Shown here piece after piece: positions 16,627-26,180 of a DNA stretch of 26,180 bases. Both the position numbers and the translations under genes were made by a program. Origin of the DNA: Bdellovibrionota bacterium. Its GTDB lineage: Bacteria > Bdellovibrionota_C > UBA2361 > JBIKWN01. The notes beneath the pieces were generated by a model. That model was not told the DNA's origin, did no database searches, and was given only the letters and a program-made list of their open reading frames with translations. The stretch covers positions 1-26,180 of the forward strand of contig JBIKWN010000033.1 in NCBI GenBank assembly GCA_044356295.1, read 5' to 3'. Every line of letters begins with the position of its first letter. Position 1 is the stretch's first letter.

Positions 16627-17664
16627 CTACGACAGCTCAAGCATTCGGTCCAGTGATCGTTTAGCACGTATTCGTATATCTTCAGGAACCTCAATCACCT
16701 GCACGTTTTCTTTAAGGGCACGCAGTGTATCTTCCAGTGTAATCTCATTCATATGAGGGCACCGAACACTACACATACGAACCATCTCTTTTTGTGGATT
16801 TTCAGCAGCAATGTTGTCTCCCATACTGCATTCGGTAAGAAGCAAATACTGCGGGGCATCATGTTTTTGAACGTACTGAATCATCTTTGAAGTGCTACCT
16901 GAAAAATCTGAAGCTTCAACGACTTCAGGAGGACATTCTGGATGCGCTAGTACAACAACATCAGGAAAACTTTTTCTGGCATTGATAACGTCTTGAACGG
17001 TGAATTGATCGTGTACTTCACATTTACCGTGCCAGCCAATCATAACTTTTGCTTCTTTCTCTTTTTTAAGAAATTCAGGAAAGATTATTTTCTTGCCAGT
17101 TTCTCGGGCAATATTTTTTGCAAGATATTCATCAGGGATAAAAATTATTTCATCACAATCAAGGCTTGCAACAATTTTTGATGCATTGCCAGAAGTAACG
17201 CAAATATCAGTCTCTGCTTTTACATCTGCATATGAATTTACATAGGTTAATACCGGAACACCTGGATATTGTTTTTTAAGATTTCGAACATCTTCAGCTG
17301 TAATACTTGCTGCTAGCGAACATCCTGCAACTTGTGCCGGAAGTAGGACAGTACGACTTGGATTAAGAATCTTTGCAGTCTCTGCCATGAAACGAACCCC
17401 GCAAAAGACTATTGGATCACAGGTTGTTTCTGCAGCTTTACGGGAAAGCTCTAGAGAGTCACCAACGATGTCGCTCACTCCTAAATAGAGTGCTGGCTCC
17501 ATATAGTTGTGACCAAGGATAACAGCGCCACGTTGCTTTTTTAATTGGTTTATTTCAAAGATTAATTTGGCTTTGTAGGGAAGTTCGACCTCAGGGACGA
17601 CATTACCTATTTTTTTTCTTAGTAATTCGAGTGTTTCTTTTTCAGAAGATGCATCAATAGCCAT
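16627..17664 (-). CDS. nadA: Quinolinate synthase
   Basis: ILGHNY, GDSLELS, FCGVRFMAETAKILNP, AGCSLA, YVNS, CEVH, LAHPEC, GSTS and CPHM; three Fe-S cysteines. Confidence 0.97.
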   Translation of the reverse strand: MAIDASSEKETLELLRKKIGNVVPEVELPYKAKLIFEINQLKKQRGAVILGHNYMEPALYLGVSDIVGDSLELSRKAAETTCDPIVFCGVRFMAETAKILNPSRTVLLPAQVAGCSLAASITAEDVRNLKKQYPGVPVLTYVNSYADVKAETDICVTSGNASKIVASLDCDEIIFIPDEYLAKNIARETGKKIIFPEFLKKEKEAKVMIGWHGKCEVHDQFTVQDVINARKSFPDVVVLAHPECPPEVVEASDFSGSTSKMIQYVQKHDAPQYLLLTECSMGDNIAAENPQKEMVRMCSVRCPHMNEITLEDTLRALKENVQVIEVPEDIRIRAKRSLDRMLELS

Positions 17665-17669
17665 TCTAT

Positions 17670-19358
17670 TTACTTCCCAATAATTTCCCAGAGTATATCA
17701 CGTGATTCAATAAAAAGCGTATTATTTACTGCTGGATCGGGGGCATATACTGCTTCTTCTATGATGTTTAATGCTTGAATGGCTTCTGGAAGCTGGGGAT
17801 TATTAATAGAGAGTTTTCTTTCAAGAAATCCTCTTATTGAACATGTTCCACCGTATGAATCTTTAGCTACCCTATCGAGATATGAAAGAAACGATTTAGG
17901 ATCGGTGAAATCAGTTTTTTGTCTTTTCTGTATGAGTTTTTTGTCCTTATTTTGATTTGTTGATGATATATTTTTTTGCAGTCTCCAAAGTCTAAAGAGA
18001 AGGAATGCAATAACTCCTGATAAAATATAGATCCACAGTACATGATTTGAACTACTGCTATCTTCTTGAATGAGTGATGCAGTTGGAGTCGTTGTTGCAT
18101 TTGAATTTGCGTCTATAGAATCATCAGGGGTTATAGCTGTCTTTTTAGGTTGAACTGCGACATTGACTCCAGTCAGTGCGATAGGATCTGATGATGCCTT
18201 TTGATAGGTCTTTGTAAGTGGATCAAAAAATAAGATCTGTTGCGCAGGAATTTCAAAACTTCCATTCACTTTAGGCACAATTCTAAATTGTGCTGTATAG
18301 GAATAGAGTACTGTATTGTTTTTTAACGACGGTGTTAATTTTTGATTATCTCGTACAGCTTCAAAGGAATCATTCGCCTGTAAGGTAAGATTGTTTAAAA
18401 GATTTCCATTGCCTTCAGTCTCGATGGATACGGAAAGGATTGCTTCGTTGTTCGGGTCTGTTTCAGATTTATTGATTCCTGTTCGAATACTTGTTGAGCC
18501 AGTTATAACTACGGGAAGCGTCCCTTTTTTCTCTGAATCTAAAAGTGGTGGCAGAGGTAGTACCGTAAGTTTCGTTGCTTTTGTTGCCAGGGTTACAGGT
18601 TCAAGGTCTAGCGAGAAAAAACCTCTCATGAAGTTATTACTAAATGGATCTACTGAATCAAATAAGTCACCCATCTTCGAACGAGAGGCTTGAGCAGAAA
18701 GAACGGTAGGATCAATTGTTAACTGACCGGATGTTAGGGGAAATAAAATTGTTTTAAATCTTAAGATTGAAACGGTTGCACCTCTTCGCAAATCTTGATC
18801 TCGCTCTTCTGGTTTAATTTCCTCACTCCAAAAATTTGGGCGAGAAGATTTTTGAATCTGAATATTTTGAAGTGGGCTTGTCGTCATAAGTTCTGTTGTT
18901 AATAGAACTTGTTCACCTTCATAAATTGTATCCTTGCTTACTGTATCCTCAAGTCGAACATCGTCTTGCTCAACTTGTTGAGTATCGAGACTTGCTTGAG
19001 ATACTTCTATGGTAAGAGGAGGAGTTACTTCAGTTATCCCGTTAACCGTGGATCGAAACCGAGGGAGTTTTAATGTTCCTTCCTGTTTTGGAGTTGCCTG
19101 ATAACGAAAGGTTTTTTCTTGGGTGATGCTACCGTTTATGATTGATACTCGTTGTTCAGGTCCAATATAGCGGACTATGAAGTCATTTTCGTCTTCGAGT
19201 TCCGGAGTCGAAGCATCGCCCTCCGCAGTTATCGATAACGTGAATTTGGTACGAAGCCCACCACGTTTGGGATTAATCGTATAATCAAGAGCAGACTGTG
19301 CGATACATTGAACGCAAAAAAATATTGAAACGATTAATGTAAAAATTCTAGTTACCAT
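17670..19358 (-). CDS. batD: BatD family protein
   Basis: Signal peptide, SIING, P..EG...LP, YEGEQV, LFPLTSGQLTI, V.PLP, ETEGN and FFDP....Y; C-terminal TM; position in the operon. Confidence 0.85.
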   Translation of the reverse strand: MVTRIFTLIVSIFFCVQCIAQSALDYTINPKRGGLRTKFTLSITAEGDASTPELEDENDFIVRYIGPEQRVSIINGSITQEKTFRYQATPKQEGTLKLPRFRSTVNGITEVTPPLTIEVSQASLDTQQVEQDDVRLEDTVSKDTIYEGEQVLLTTELMTTSPLQNIQIQKSSRPNFWSEEIKPEERDQDLRRGATVSILRFKTILFPLTSGQLTIDPTVLSAQASRSKMGDLFDSVDPFSNNFMRGFFSLDLEPVTLATKATKLTVLPLPPLLDSEKKGTLPVVITGSTSIRTGINKSETDPNNEAILSVSIETEGNGNLLNNLTLQANDSFEAVRDNQKLTPSLKNNTVLYSYTAQFRIVPKVNGSFEIPAQQILFFDPLTKTYQKASSDPIALTGVNVAVQPKKTAITPDDSIDANSNATTTPTASLIQEDSSSSNHVLWIYILSGVIAFLLFRLWRLQKNISSTNQNKDKKLIQKRQKTDFTDPKSFLSYLDRVAKDSYGGTCSIRGFLERKLSINNPQLPEAIQALNIIEEAVYAPDPAVNNTLFIESRDILWEIIGK

Positions 19359-20968
19359 CTTTGGTTTACGACTCCAGATTTTTGTTGACCTCTTTTTATC
19401 AGAAGTGGAGCTTCAGGGAGAGAGTTTATCCAATTTTTTGCTATTTTTTCATCCGGTGTCTCGGGCTTATCGCCGTCTTGCTCTTGGGGATTGCCTTTAG
19501 TTTCTTCAGGTGGAGTAGGGGACGCATCCGGCTTGTCGTTCTTTATAGAGTCATCGGATTTTGGCTCATCTTTCTGCTGGTTATCTTGGGGGGTATTCTC
19601 TGATTGATTTTTTTTCTCATCTTGCTGTTCTTGATTATTTTGGTTGTTTTTATTCTCTTGATTTTTAGAATCTTGATTTTTTTCTGATTGGTCTTTATTT
19701 GACTGATCTTTGTTTTGTTCCTGCTGTTTCTGCTCTTCCTGCTTTCTTTCTATAGCAATACGACGATTTGTAATGGCTCGTTCATCTTTAGAATTGATTT
19801 TTAATGCTTCATCATACCTTTTGATTGCTTCATCGAATTGGTTCAGAGAAAGGGCTGCGTTTCCACCATTATAGTAGCTTTTAAAAGCGTCATTTTGATT
19901 ATGAGTAAGGGTATTCGATGTATCAAACGCTGAAAGAGCGTCTTTGAATCTGCCTTCTCGAAAAGCAGTAGCGCCTAAGCCAAGTGCTCCATTATACGTT
20001 GAAGCTAGTGATTGATATTTTTTTGAAGCCTCTGAGTATTCTTTCGCCTGATAGTTTTGTAATGCATTGTAATTTGTTACCTCATCTGTAAGTGACTCTG
20101 CAAAAGAACTATTAAGGTCGAGGAAGAAAATAAATAAAAGAGGTAGTAAAAATCTAGGATACCGAAATATCGCCACTGCGATTATTAAAAGTGCCGCAGT
20201 AAAAAAGAGATATCCAATTTCATTTTTAAAAACCTTTTTTATATTTGATGTCGGTGTTTTCTTGATTGTATCTAGAATCAATTGAGCAGTAATTTCGCTT
20301 CCAGATAACAAAGATCCATTAGGGCTTTTACCAGAAAGTTCAGAAAGAAACCCTGGATTAGCTTTCGATAGTACTTGCATGCCATTGTCGTCAACCAGAT
20401 TTTGATTCCCGTCGGGTATGCTTGAGCCTGTTTCTGTTCCAATGCTGATTGTAAAAATAGGTATCGATGATTTTGATGCACGCTCAAGTACAAGAGCCGA
20501 GTCTTCTTTTGCAACCTCTCCATCCGAAACAATGACGATCGCACCAAAGGAATCTTTTAAAGATTGCCTGCTGACTTCAATTGCTTCTATAAAATTTGAG
20601 CCTTCATCCACAATAAGTTCATTTGAAATTGTTTGCAGATAATTTTGTAAGACATCACGATCAATTGTAGGCGGGGTAAAGAGCGATGCAGAGCCTGCAA
20701 AAAGGACTAGTCCATATCGAACAAATTGATTCGGCGGAGTTGATTCGATAATTGATTGTGCCACTCGTTTTGCGCGCTCTAACCTTGAAGGTGCCGTGTC
20801 CTGAGCATTCATACTTTTACTGATATCAAGAGCAATAATTACTGTCGACTGTTGTGCAGTAATTGTTTGCTCAGTGGTGCCCCAATACGGGCGAAATACA
20901 GTAGCAATAACTATGAGTGTAAGAATAAGTACTTGTAGAAAACGTTGGAATGAAAAATTCAAATTCAT
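19352..20968 (-). CDS. VWA + TPR protein (BatB/BatC-like fusion)
   Basis: RPYWG, MIDAS DISKSM, APSRLERAK and SDGE; TM; TPRs (YYNGGNA); Q/N/K/D-rich linker. Likely start is ATG 20968 (ATGA overlap). Confidence 0.88.
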   Translation of the reverse strand: MNLNFSFQRFLQVLILTLIVIATVFRPYWGTTEQTITAQQSTVIIALDISKSMNAQDTAPSRLERAKRVAQSIIESTPPNQFVRYGLVLFAGSASLFTPPTIDRDVLQNYLQTISNELIVDEGSNFIEAIEVSRQSLKDSFGAIVIVSDGEVAKEDSALVLERASKSSIPIFTISIGTETGSSIPDGNQNLVDDNGMQVLSKANPGFLSELSGKSPNGSLLSGSEITAQLILDTIKKTPTSNIKKVFKNEIGYLFFTAALLIIAVAIFRYPRFLLPLLFIFFLDLNSSFAESLTDEVTNYNALQNYQAKEYSEASKKYQSLASTYNGALGLGATAFREGRFKDALSAFDTSNTLTHNQNDAFKSYYNGGNAALSLNQFDEAIKRYDEALKINSKDERAITNRRIAIERKQEEQKQQEQNKDQSNKDQSEKNQDSKNQENKNNQNNQEQQDEKKNQSENTPQDNQQKDEPKSDDSIKNDKPDASPTPPEETKGNPQEQDGDKPETPDEKIAKNWINSLPEAPLLIKRGQQKSGVVNQRW

Positions 20969-21939
20969 ACTGTGCCTCGTTGCCACCGTACGGGGAATAA
21001 CATTGTACGAATCATAATGAGTAAGGAAATAAAGAAAAGCGAAGATGCGCCTGGAATCCAGCTGTAATCTTTAATCGTTTTAGAAGAGTCTGATTTAGAT
21101 TCTGTCTCTATTAACTTTTGTATCTCATCAGTTACTAACCTGAGAGCAGAAACATCAGAGGCGTTTCTGTAGATGCCTCCAGTTATTTTTGCAATTTCAT
21201 TAAGTGTTGAGCCGTCATAAGGAGCCTCTGAATCATCATTGCCCCCAACTCCTATTGTGTGAACTTTAATAGAGAGTTTTTTAGAAATTTCAGCAGCTGT
21301 GATTGGTAGTATACGCCCAGCATTTGAAGCGCCATCTGTTACTATTACAATCGTTTTTGATTCATTTGGAAGATTTTGAAGTCGTTTCAATCCTGCACCA
21401 AGTGCATCCCCCATTGCAGTTCCATCGCCTGCAATACCAGGTTGCAGTGCATCAATAGCATCAAGTAAAAATCGATGATCTTTGGTAAGTGGACTTTGTA
21501 AAAAAGAGCGACCTCCAAATACGACTAGGCCAATTTTATCTTGAGTGCGAGATTCAATGAACTCTCGTACTACTTTTTTAACACCTTGCATTCTGGAAAT
21601 AGAAGTAAAGTGATCAATGAAATCATTTGCTTTCATGCTGGGACTGACATCGACAACAAGCATGACGTTTCTTCCGGTATCGAGATGATTGTCTATAATT
21701 TCAGCAGGGCGTGCGGCTCCCAGAGTTAAGGCCAAAATTAATAAAAGTGTAATAAATTGGCTCAGTTTTGTTGTTAAAAAAAGTCCTAAAGATGAAGGGG
21801 TATCTTTGAAGAAAAGATTTTCTGGTAAATAAATAGTGTTAGTTTCTTGAGTTTTCTTTTTATAAATATAGAGTGCAGTAATTATTATAGGTAATAAAAA
21901 TGCCCATGGACTCAGAAACGTTATGCCAAACAATGTCAT
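20965..21939 (-). CDS. batA: VWA domain protein (BatA-like)
   Basis: F.SPWAFLL, AARP, MIDAS DVSPSM, DKIGLVVFG, QSPLTKD, GTAMGDA, TDGASNAG, HTIGVG and IAKITGG. Confidence 0.9.
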   Translation of the reverse strand: MTLFGITFLSPWAFLLPIIITALYIYKKKTQETNTIYLPENLFFKDTPSSLGLFLTTKLSQFITLLLILALTLGAARPAEIIDNHLDTGRNVMLVVDVSPSMKANDFIDHFTSISRMQGVKKVVREFIESRTQDKIGLVVFGGRSFLQSPLTKDHRFLLDAIDALQPGIAGDGTAMGDALGAGLKRLQNLPNESKTIVIVTDGASNAGRILPITAAEISKKLSIKVHTIGVGGNDDSEAPYDGSTLNEIAKITGGIYRNASDVSALRLVTDEIQKLIETESKSDSSKTIKDYSWIPGASSLFFISLLIMIRTMLFPVRWQRGTV

Positions 21940-22340
21940 TTTTGTTTCTCTTTAGAATAACCAATAAGCAGCGAGAGTATAGATTTTCCTTCCTCCATCA
22001 AAGGGTTATGTTGATAGAGGAAAGCAATAATTCTTTTTTTATCAATTGACGAAATAAATGAGTCTTTTTCACAGTAATGAAAAAGTAATGATATTGAGCT
22101 TTTTAATCGTTCAATTGATATTTCTTCTATTAAAGTTGATTCAGATGAATTGATGAGTGACTGAACAGAAAGTGGAGTATTCTTTTGTTTACGTTTGAAT
22201 CGATTCAATAAATATCGAATGGCACCAGCTAGAATACAAGCTGCTAAAAGCCAAAGAATACTATAGAGCATCGGATAAGAAACTGCCGTTGGATCTATAA
22301 TATCAAATGGAGTAGGGGCTGGTGCTGGATTTTGAGGCAT
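21936..22340 (-). CDS. Small membrane protein of the Bat operon (DUF4381-like position and architecture)
   Basis: FDIIDP, a TM segment and a basic RFKRKQK stretch; lies between DUF58 and batA with an ATGA overlap. Confidence 0.7.
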   Translation of the reverse strand: MPQNPAPAPTPFDIIDPTAVSYPMLYSILWLLAACILAGAIRYLLNRFKRKQKNTPLSVQSLINSSESTLIEEISIERLKSSISLLFHYCEKDSFISSIDKKRIIAFLYQHNPLMEEGKSILSLLIGYSKEKQK

Positions 22341-22344
22341 ATAA

Positions 22345-23226
22345 CTACTTTAAGAATTGCCGTAGTGATTCTTCTGCGGAACCACTCATTTCTATCCATA
22401 CAGGACGAAGTTCTGTAAATCTTTTTTTAATTTCCGTAAGGCGTATCCGTGACTTTTCTTGAAAGTATTGTTTGGTGGATTGAAGTGAGAAATCAAAAAC
22501 CTGTTTGTAACTTCCATCTGGACTTGAGGCTTCAAAAAGCCCTGAATCAGGAAGTGTTGTCTGAATGTCAAAAAATCCAAAATACAATTTATGTTTTGTG
22601 CCTAATAGTTTCGTAAGAAATGATGTGTCTTCATAAAATGTGCTAAAGAAGAAAATATTTAATTTTTTTTCTTTTCCACACAGTATCGTCTCAATGCATT
22701 TTGATGCACTCGTATCATCTTGTCTATCATTCGGATCTGTTGAAAAAGTTTTAGTTTGGAAAAGTTTTGCTAGAGTTGGAGGTAAATGATTATTTTTAAT
22801 CACGCCTAATTTCTGTTTCCAACTTCCTGAAAAAGTATCTCCACCAATATATTGATGATGTTTTGCACCAATTGATAAAACGTAGGCTGAAGCTTCCAGA
22901 GCAATTTCATATAATGAACGTTTAAACCCACTTACCATTGATAAACGATCGTCAATAATTATATAAAATTTCTCTTGCAAGTCTTCTTCATAGGTTTTAA
23001 CCAAAAGTTTACCTGCGCGTGCTGATGAATTCCAATGAATGTGTTTTAGCTCGTCACCATGGTCGTATTCTCGAAGCTCCTTAAAAGCGATACCACTTCT
23101 AGCAGTTTTTCTTGAAGTTGTTTCGCCTCCTCGAAGCAGTGATGTAATTGCGCCGCGTGCCAATGATCTTCTTTGATGGCAAAGCTTTTCAATATAATCA
23201 GTCGATGGAGTAATAACTTCTCTCAT
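22345..23226 (-). CDS. DUF58 domain protein
   Basis: GIAFKELREYDHGDELKHIHWNSSAR..KLLVKTYEE and IIIDDRLSM..G. Confidence 0.9.
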   Translation of the reverse strand: MREVITPSTDYIEKLCHQRRSLARGAITSLLRGGETTSRKTARSGIAFKELREYDHGDELKHIHWNSSARAGKLLVKTYEEDLQEKFYIIIDDRLSMVSGFKRSLYEIALEASAYVLSIGAKHHQYIGGDTFSGSWKQKLGVIKNNHLPPTLAKLFQTKTFSTDPNDRQDDTSASKCIETILCGKEKKLNIFFFSTFYEDTSFLTKLLGTKHKLYFGFFDIQTTLPDSGLFEASSPDGSYKQVFDFSLQSTKQYFQEKSRIRLTEIKKRFTELRPVWIEMSGSAEESLRQFLK

Positions 23227-23243
23227 AAATATCGAAAAGAAAT

Positions 23244-24182
23244 TTAAGGAATTTGCGTTGCTGAAAGTTGTTCAGAAAGAATAGTATTTGCGCTTCGTCC
23301 TTGACTCTCATTTGCATAAGACGGAACAACGCGGTGCCTCATAACGTCAAGGTATACTTCTTTAATATCGTCCGGACCAACAAATGTTCTTCCTTGTAAG
23401 AATGCATGAGCTTTTGCAAGTTTTCGAAGAGCAATACTCGCTCTTGGTGATGCTCCCTGAATAAATCCAGAGATTTTTTCAGGCTCTCTAGTTCGTTGTA
23501 CAAGTGAAACAATAAATCGATCGAGTCGCTCATCTACATAAAGGCTTCCAGCAGTTTTTTGCATCGACTGAATTTCTTCTAGATTAGTAACGGGATTTAT
23601 AATCATATCTGCTTCACTCGATCCATATTGTCGAACGATAGAGAGCTCTTCTTCATAGGAGGGATAATTGACATCCAGTTTCATTAAAAATCTATCGAGT
23701 TGGGCTTCTGGAAGAGGATAGGTGCCTTCTTGTTCGAGAGGATTTTGAGTAGCGAGAACAAAGAAAGGTTCAGGCAAGTGATGTGTGTGCTGACCTATGG
23801 TTACTGTGCGTTCTTCCATGGCTTGGAGTAGTGCAGATTGAACCTTGGCTGGGGCTCTGTTGATTTCATCGCCGAGAAGAAAATTGGTAAATACAGGTCC
23901 TGTACGAAGTACAAATTCACCTTTCTCAGGGCGAAAGATCTCTGTTCCAATCACATCTGATGGAAGTAAATCAGGGGTAAATTGCACGCGCTCCATCTTG
24001 CCACCGCAAGCAGCAGTCAGAGCTTTAACAAGTTTAGTTTTAGCCAGACCGGGGGCTCCCTCTAATAACACGTGCCCATTACATAAAAGAGCAATTAAAA
24101 GCCGATCAATCAGCTTTTCTTGCCCGATAATTTGTCGGTGAACAGCTTTTCTTACAAGTTCGAGGGGTGCAGATGTATTCAT
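23244..24182 (-). CDS. moxR: MoxR family AAA+ ATPase
   Basis: HVLLEGAPGLAKT, RVQFTPDLLPSD, DEINRAPAKVQSALL, ATQNPLEQEGTYPLPEAQLDRF and GASPR. Likely start is ATG 24182. Confidence 0.95.
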   Translation of the reverse strand: MNTSAPLELVRKAVHRQIIGQEKLIDRLLIALLCNGHVLLEGAPGLAKTKLVKALTAACGGKMERVQFTPDLLPSDVIGTEIFRPEKGEFVLRTGPVFTNFLLGDEINRAPAKVQSALLQAMEERTVTIGQHTHHLPEPFFVLATQNPLEQEGTYPLPEAQLDRFLMKLDVNYPSYEEELSIVRQYGSSEADMIINPVTNLEEIQSMQKTAGSLYVDERLDRFIVSLVQRTREPEKISGFIQGASPRASIALRKLAKAHAFLQGRTFVGPDDIKEVYLDVMRHRVVPSYANESQGRSANTILSEQLSATQIP

Positions 24183-24210
24183 AAGGGTAAAACTATGCCA
24201 AATTATCACC

Positions 24211-25350
24211 ATGAGTGCACCATCTTCTGGATATGATCATGTCGATTACGACACCCTTGATTCTGCAAAGCTTGCCTTTATTAGTGCAAGCCGAAAAACC
24301 CTCACTTTTGCCAAGGATTTTGGCTTTGTTGCTGATGAGAAGCTTGGGGCGAGTGCTAATATTTTCTCGCTCTCGCTTGAACCTTTCATAAAGCAAGGTT
24401 TGAAAGAGATTCAAATTACCCTTCTCCCAGAAGGATTGGGTACGGCTGATGATGCTCGTCCTGATGACCTTACTGATGATGAGCTTGAACTGTTTTGGTA
24501 TAACATCGGTATTAAATCGGTTGCTGTGATGACCAATGATGCTGCAACAGCTGGTATGCAGACGGTGCTTGTTGGAATGTACCTTCCAAGTGCTGATCCC
24601 GAGCGAGTTTTTACAAAACAGTTTATGAAAGGGTTTCTTTCTGGTTTTGTAGATGGATGTCAGTCAGTTGGTTGTGTTTATTTGAGTGGGGAAACGCCGC
24701 AACTTAAAAATAAAATTGTTGCTGATAAACTTGATATTGCAGGGGCGCTTTTTGGAGTTGTACCTCCAGGCTGTGAAGCGATTCATCCAAATAATCTAGC
24801 CGTTGGTGACTATATTGTTCTGGTTGAAAGTTCGGGTCCTCATGAAAATGGTTTTACAACGCTTCGTGCATTAGCCCAGAAAACTGGATACCGAGCAAAG
24901 CTTTCTGATGGCTCTGAATTTTGGAAGGCGATGAATAAAGGTTCAAAACTTTATACTCCTTTAATTCAATCAATTTTAAAGAAGCGTATTTTTCTTTCGA
25001 ATGCTGAAAATATTACAGGTCACGGCTGGCAAAAAATTATGCGCCCACTGAAGCCTTTTCGTTATGAAATTGAACAATTCCCGACGATCCTTCCTGTCTT
25101 TGAATTTGTAAAAGATAAACTTGGTATGTCGTATCAAGAATTATTGTCAGTATTTAATTGTGGAAGTGGGTTGGCTCTTTTTTGTCGGGATAAAAAAAAT
25201 GCTGATGAAATAGTTTCCATTGCTGCATCTTTAGATTACAAAGCCATCGTTGCTGGTCAAGTTAAAGAATCACCTTCTGGAGAACGTGAAGTAGTTGTTC
25301 CTTCCTTAGGAGTAACACTATCCGGTGAAGCATTTAAGCTTGGAAAATAA
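24211..25350 (+). CDS. PurM-family (AIR synthase-like) protein, divergent
   Basis: GY..VDY, EGLGT, VAVMTND, SGETP, SSGPHENG, NITGHGW and VFNCGSG follow the PurM motif order, but several conserved residues differ. Confidence 0.82.
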   Translation: MSAPSSGYDHVDYDTLDSAKLAFISASRKTLTFAKDFGFVADEKLGASANIFSLSLEPFIKQGLKEIQITLLPEGLGTADDARPDDLTDDELELFWYNIGIKSVAVMTNDAATAGMQTVLVGMYLPSADPERVFTKQFMKGFLSGFVDGCQSVGCVYLSGETPQLKNKIVADKLDIAGALFGVVPPGCEAIHPNNLAVGDYIVLVESSGPHENGFTTLRALAQKTGYRAKLSDGSEFWKAMNKGSKLYTPLIQSILKKRIFLSNAENITGHGWQKIMRPLKPFRYEIEQFPTILPVFEFVKDKLGMSYQELLSVFNCGSGLALFCRDKKNADEIVSIAASLDYKAIVAGQVKESPSGEREVVVPSLGVTLSGEAFKLGK

Positions 25351-25352
25351 AA

Positions 25353-26165
25353 ATGGATGAAGTCGATGTATTAAAAGATGTTTCTCTTTTTAGTTATATG
25401 GATGATCTTGAACGGGCTTCTGTTCTTGAAAGGATGTCTAAAAATAACTTTGATCAGGGTGAGACTATCATTAGAGAAGGTGATGAATCCCATGATTTTC
25501 ATGTCATTACTAGTGGCTGTGTAGAGTTTATTACCTCTGATGCAAATGATGCTGAGCTTGTGCTTGATGAAGCTGAGAAAGGTGGTTTTTTCGGTGAACT
25601 GTCGATGATCTCAGGACATCCTCGTACGATTCGTGTCCGTGCTAAAACTAATACTGAAACGCTTTCTCTTGATAGAGATGAGTTTTATGATTTTTTAAAA
25701 AAATATCCTCATGCTGGTATTGATGTCATCACGGTTCTTGGAAAAAGGTTGTATCAAACTGATACCCTGCTTCGTAAAAGTGTTAGCAGAAACGTTAATG
25801 AGGTTCATGAAGAAAGTTTAACTCTTGGGCAACGGATCGCTGATTCTTTTGCAGCGCTGATGGGGAGTTGGCCTTTTATTATCGTTCAGTCTTGTTTACT
25901 GATCGCATGGGTATCATTAAATATTGTTGGTTGGGTTCAAGCGTGGGATCCGTATCCATTTATTTTGTTAAATCTTGCGCTATCATTTCAAGCTGCTTAT
26001 GCAGCCCCAATTATTATGATGAGTCAAAATAGACAGGGCGATAAAGATAGATTAGCTGCTGAAATAGATCATGAAGTGAATGTTAAAGCTGAACTGAAAG
26101 TGAGTCTTATTATGAGTCGGCTTGATGATATTGAGAGGCATTTGCACTTGGCGCAGAAGAAATAG
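25353..26165 (+). CDS. Cyclic nucleotide-binding domain + DUF1003 membrane protein
   Basis: IIREGD and FFGELSMISGHPRT (cNMP); GQRIAD, GSWPFI and DPYPFILLNLALSFQAAYAAPIIMMSQNRQ (DUF1003). Confidence 0.93.
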   Translation: MDEVDVLKDVSLFSYMDDLERASVLERMSKNNFDQGETIIREGDESHDFHVITSGCVEFITSDANDAELVLDEAEKGGFFGELSMISGHPRTIRVRAKTNTETLSLDRDEFYDFLKKYPHAGIDVITVLGKRLYQTDTLLRKSVSRNVNEVHEESLTLGQRIADSFAALMGSWPFIIVQSCLLIAWVSLNIVGWVQAWDPYPFILLNLALSFQAAYAAPIIMMSQNRQGDKDRLAAEIDHEVNVKAELKVSLIMSRLDDIERHLHLAQKK

Positions 26166-26180
26166 TGCCTAACCGATTTA

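Noticed and set aside
19480..19750. Low-complexity quasi-repeats encoding QNKDQSNKDQSEKNQ...
   Set aside because: This is the ordinary Q/N/K/D-rich linker of BatB/C-type proteins, not a DNA repeat array.
999..24414. About 25 short alternative-frame or antisense ORFs in the track (e.g. 4776-5108, 12351-12644, 15341-15664, 18391-18693, 23845-24141)
   Set aside because: They overlap well-supported genes and show no recognisable motifs, so they are shadow ORFs.

Overview
An AT-rich (by eye roughly 35-40% GC), very gene-dense window of bacterial chromosome, probably from a diderm (lipid A-type acyltransferase, lipoproteins, prepilin-like gene). It uses the standard code: several genes end cleanly at TGA. 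In order it contains: a partial lipoprotein gene, pirin, a membrane protein and a prepilin-like gene (-); a 133-bp IS4-like MITE with TIRs, an 11-bp target duplication and an internal hairpin; a GT-C glycosyltransferase (+); an LpxL-family acyltransferase fused in frame to a lipobox/TPR module, an M50-CBS protease and a small membrane protein (-); a TviB/WbpO-like dehydrogenase, a TviC/WbpP-like epimerase and an ORFan (+); coaE (-); SCP2 protein, aminotransferase, TPR protein and 3-hydroxyacyl-CoA dehydrogenase, then lemA-TPM-TPM (+); a MoxR/DUF58/VWA (Bat-like) operon running directly into nadA (-); and a divergent PurM-family gene with altered motifs plus a cNMP-DUF1003 gene (+). I saw no rRNA, tRNA, CRISPR array, transposase or phage genes. 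The most notable items are the acyltransferase-lipobox-TPR fusion, the MITE, the Bat-nadA coupling, the atypical PurM and a self-complementary 120-nt intergenic region. All calls come from motif recognition only; no searches were run.
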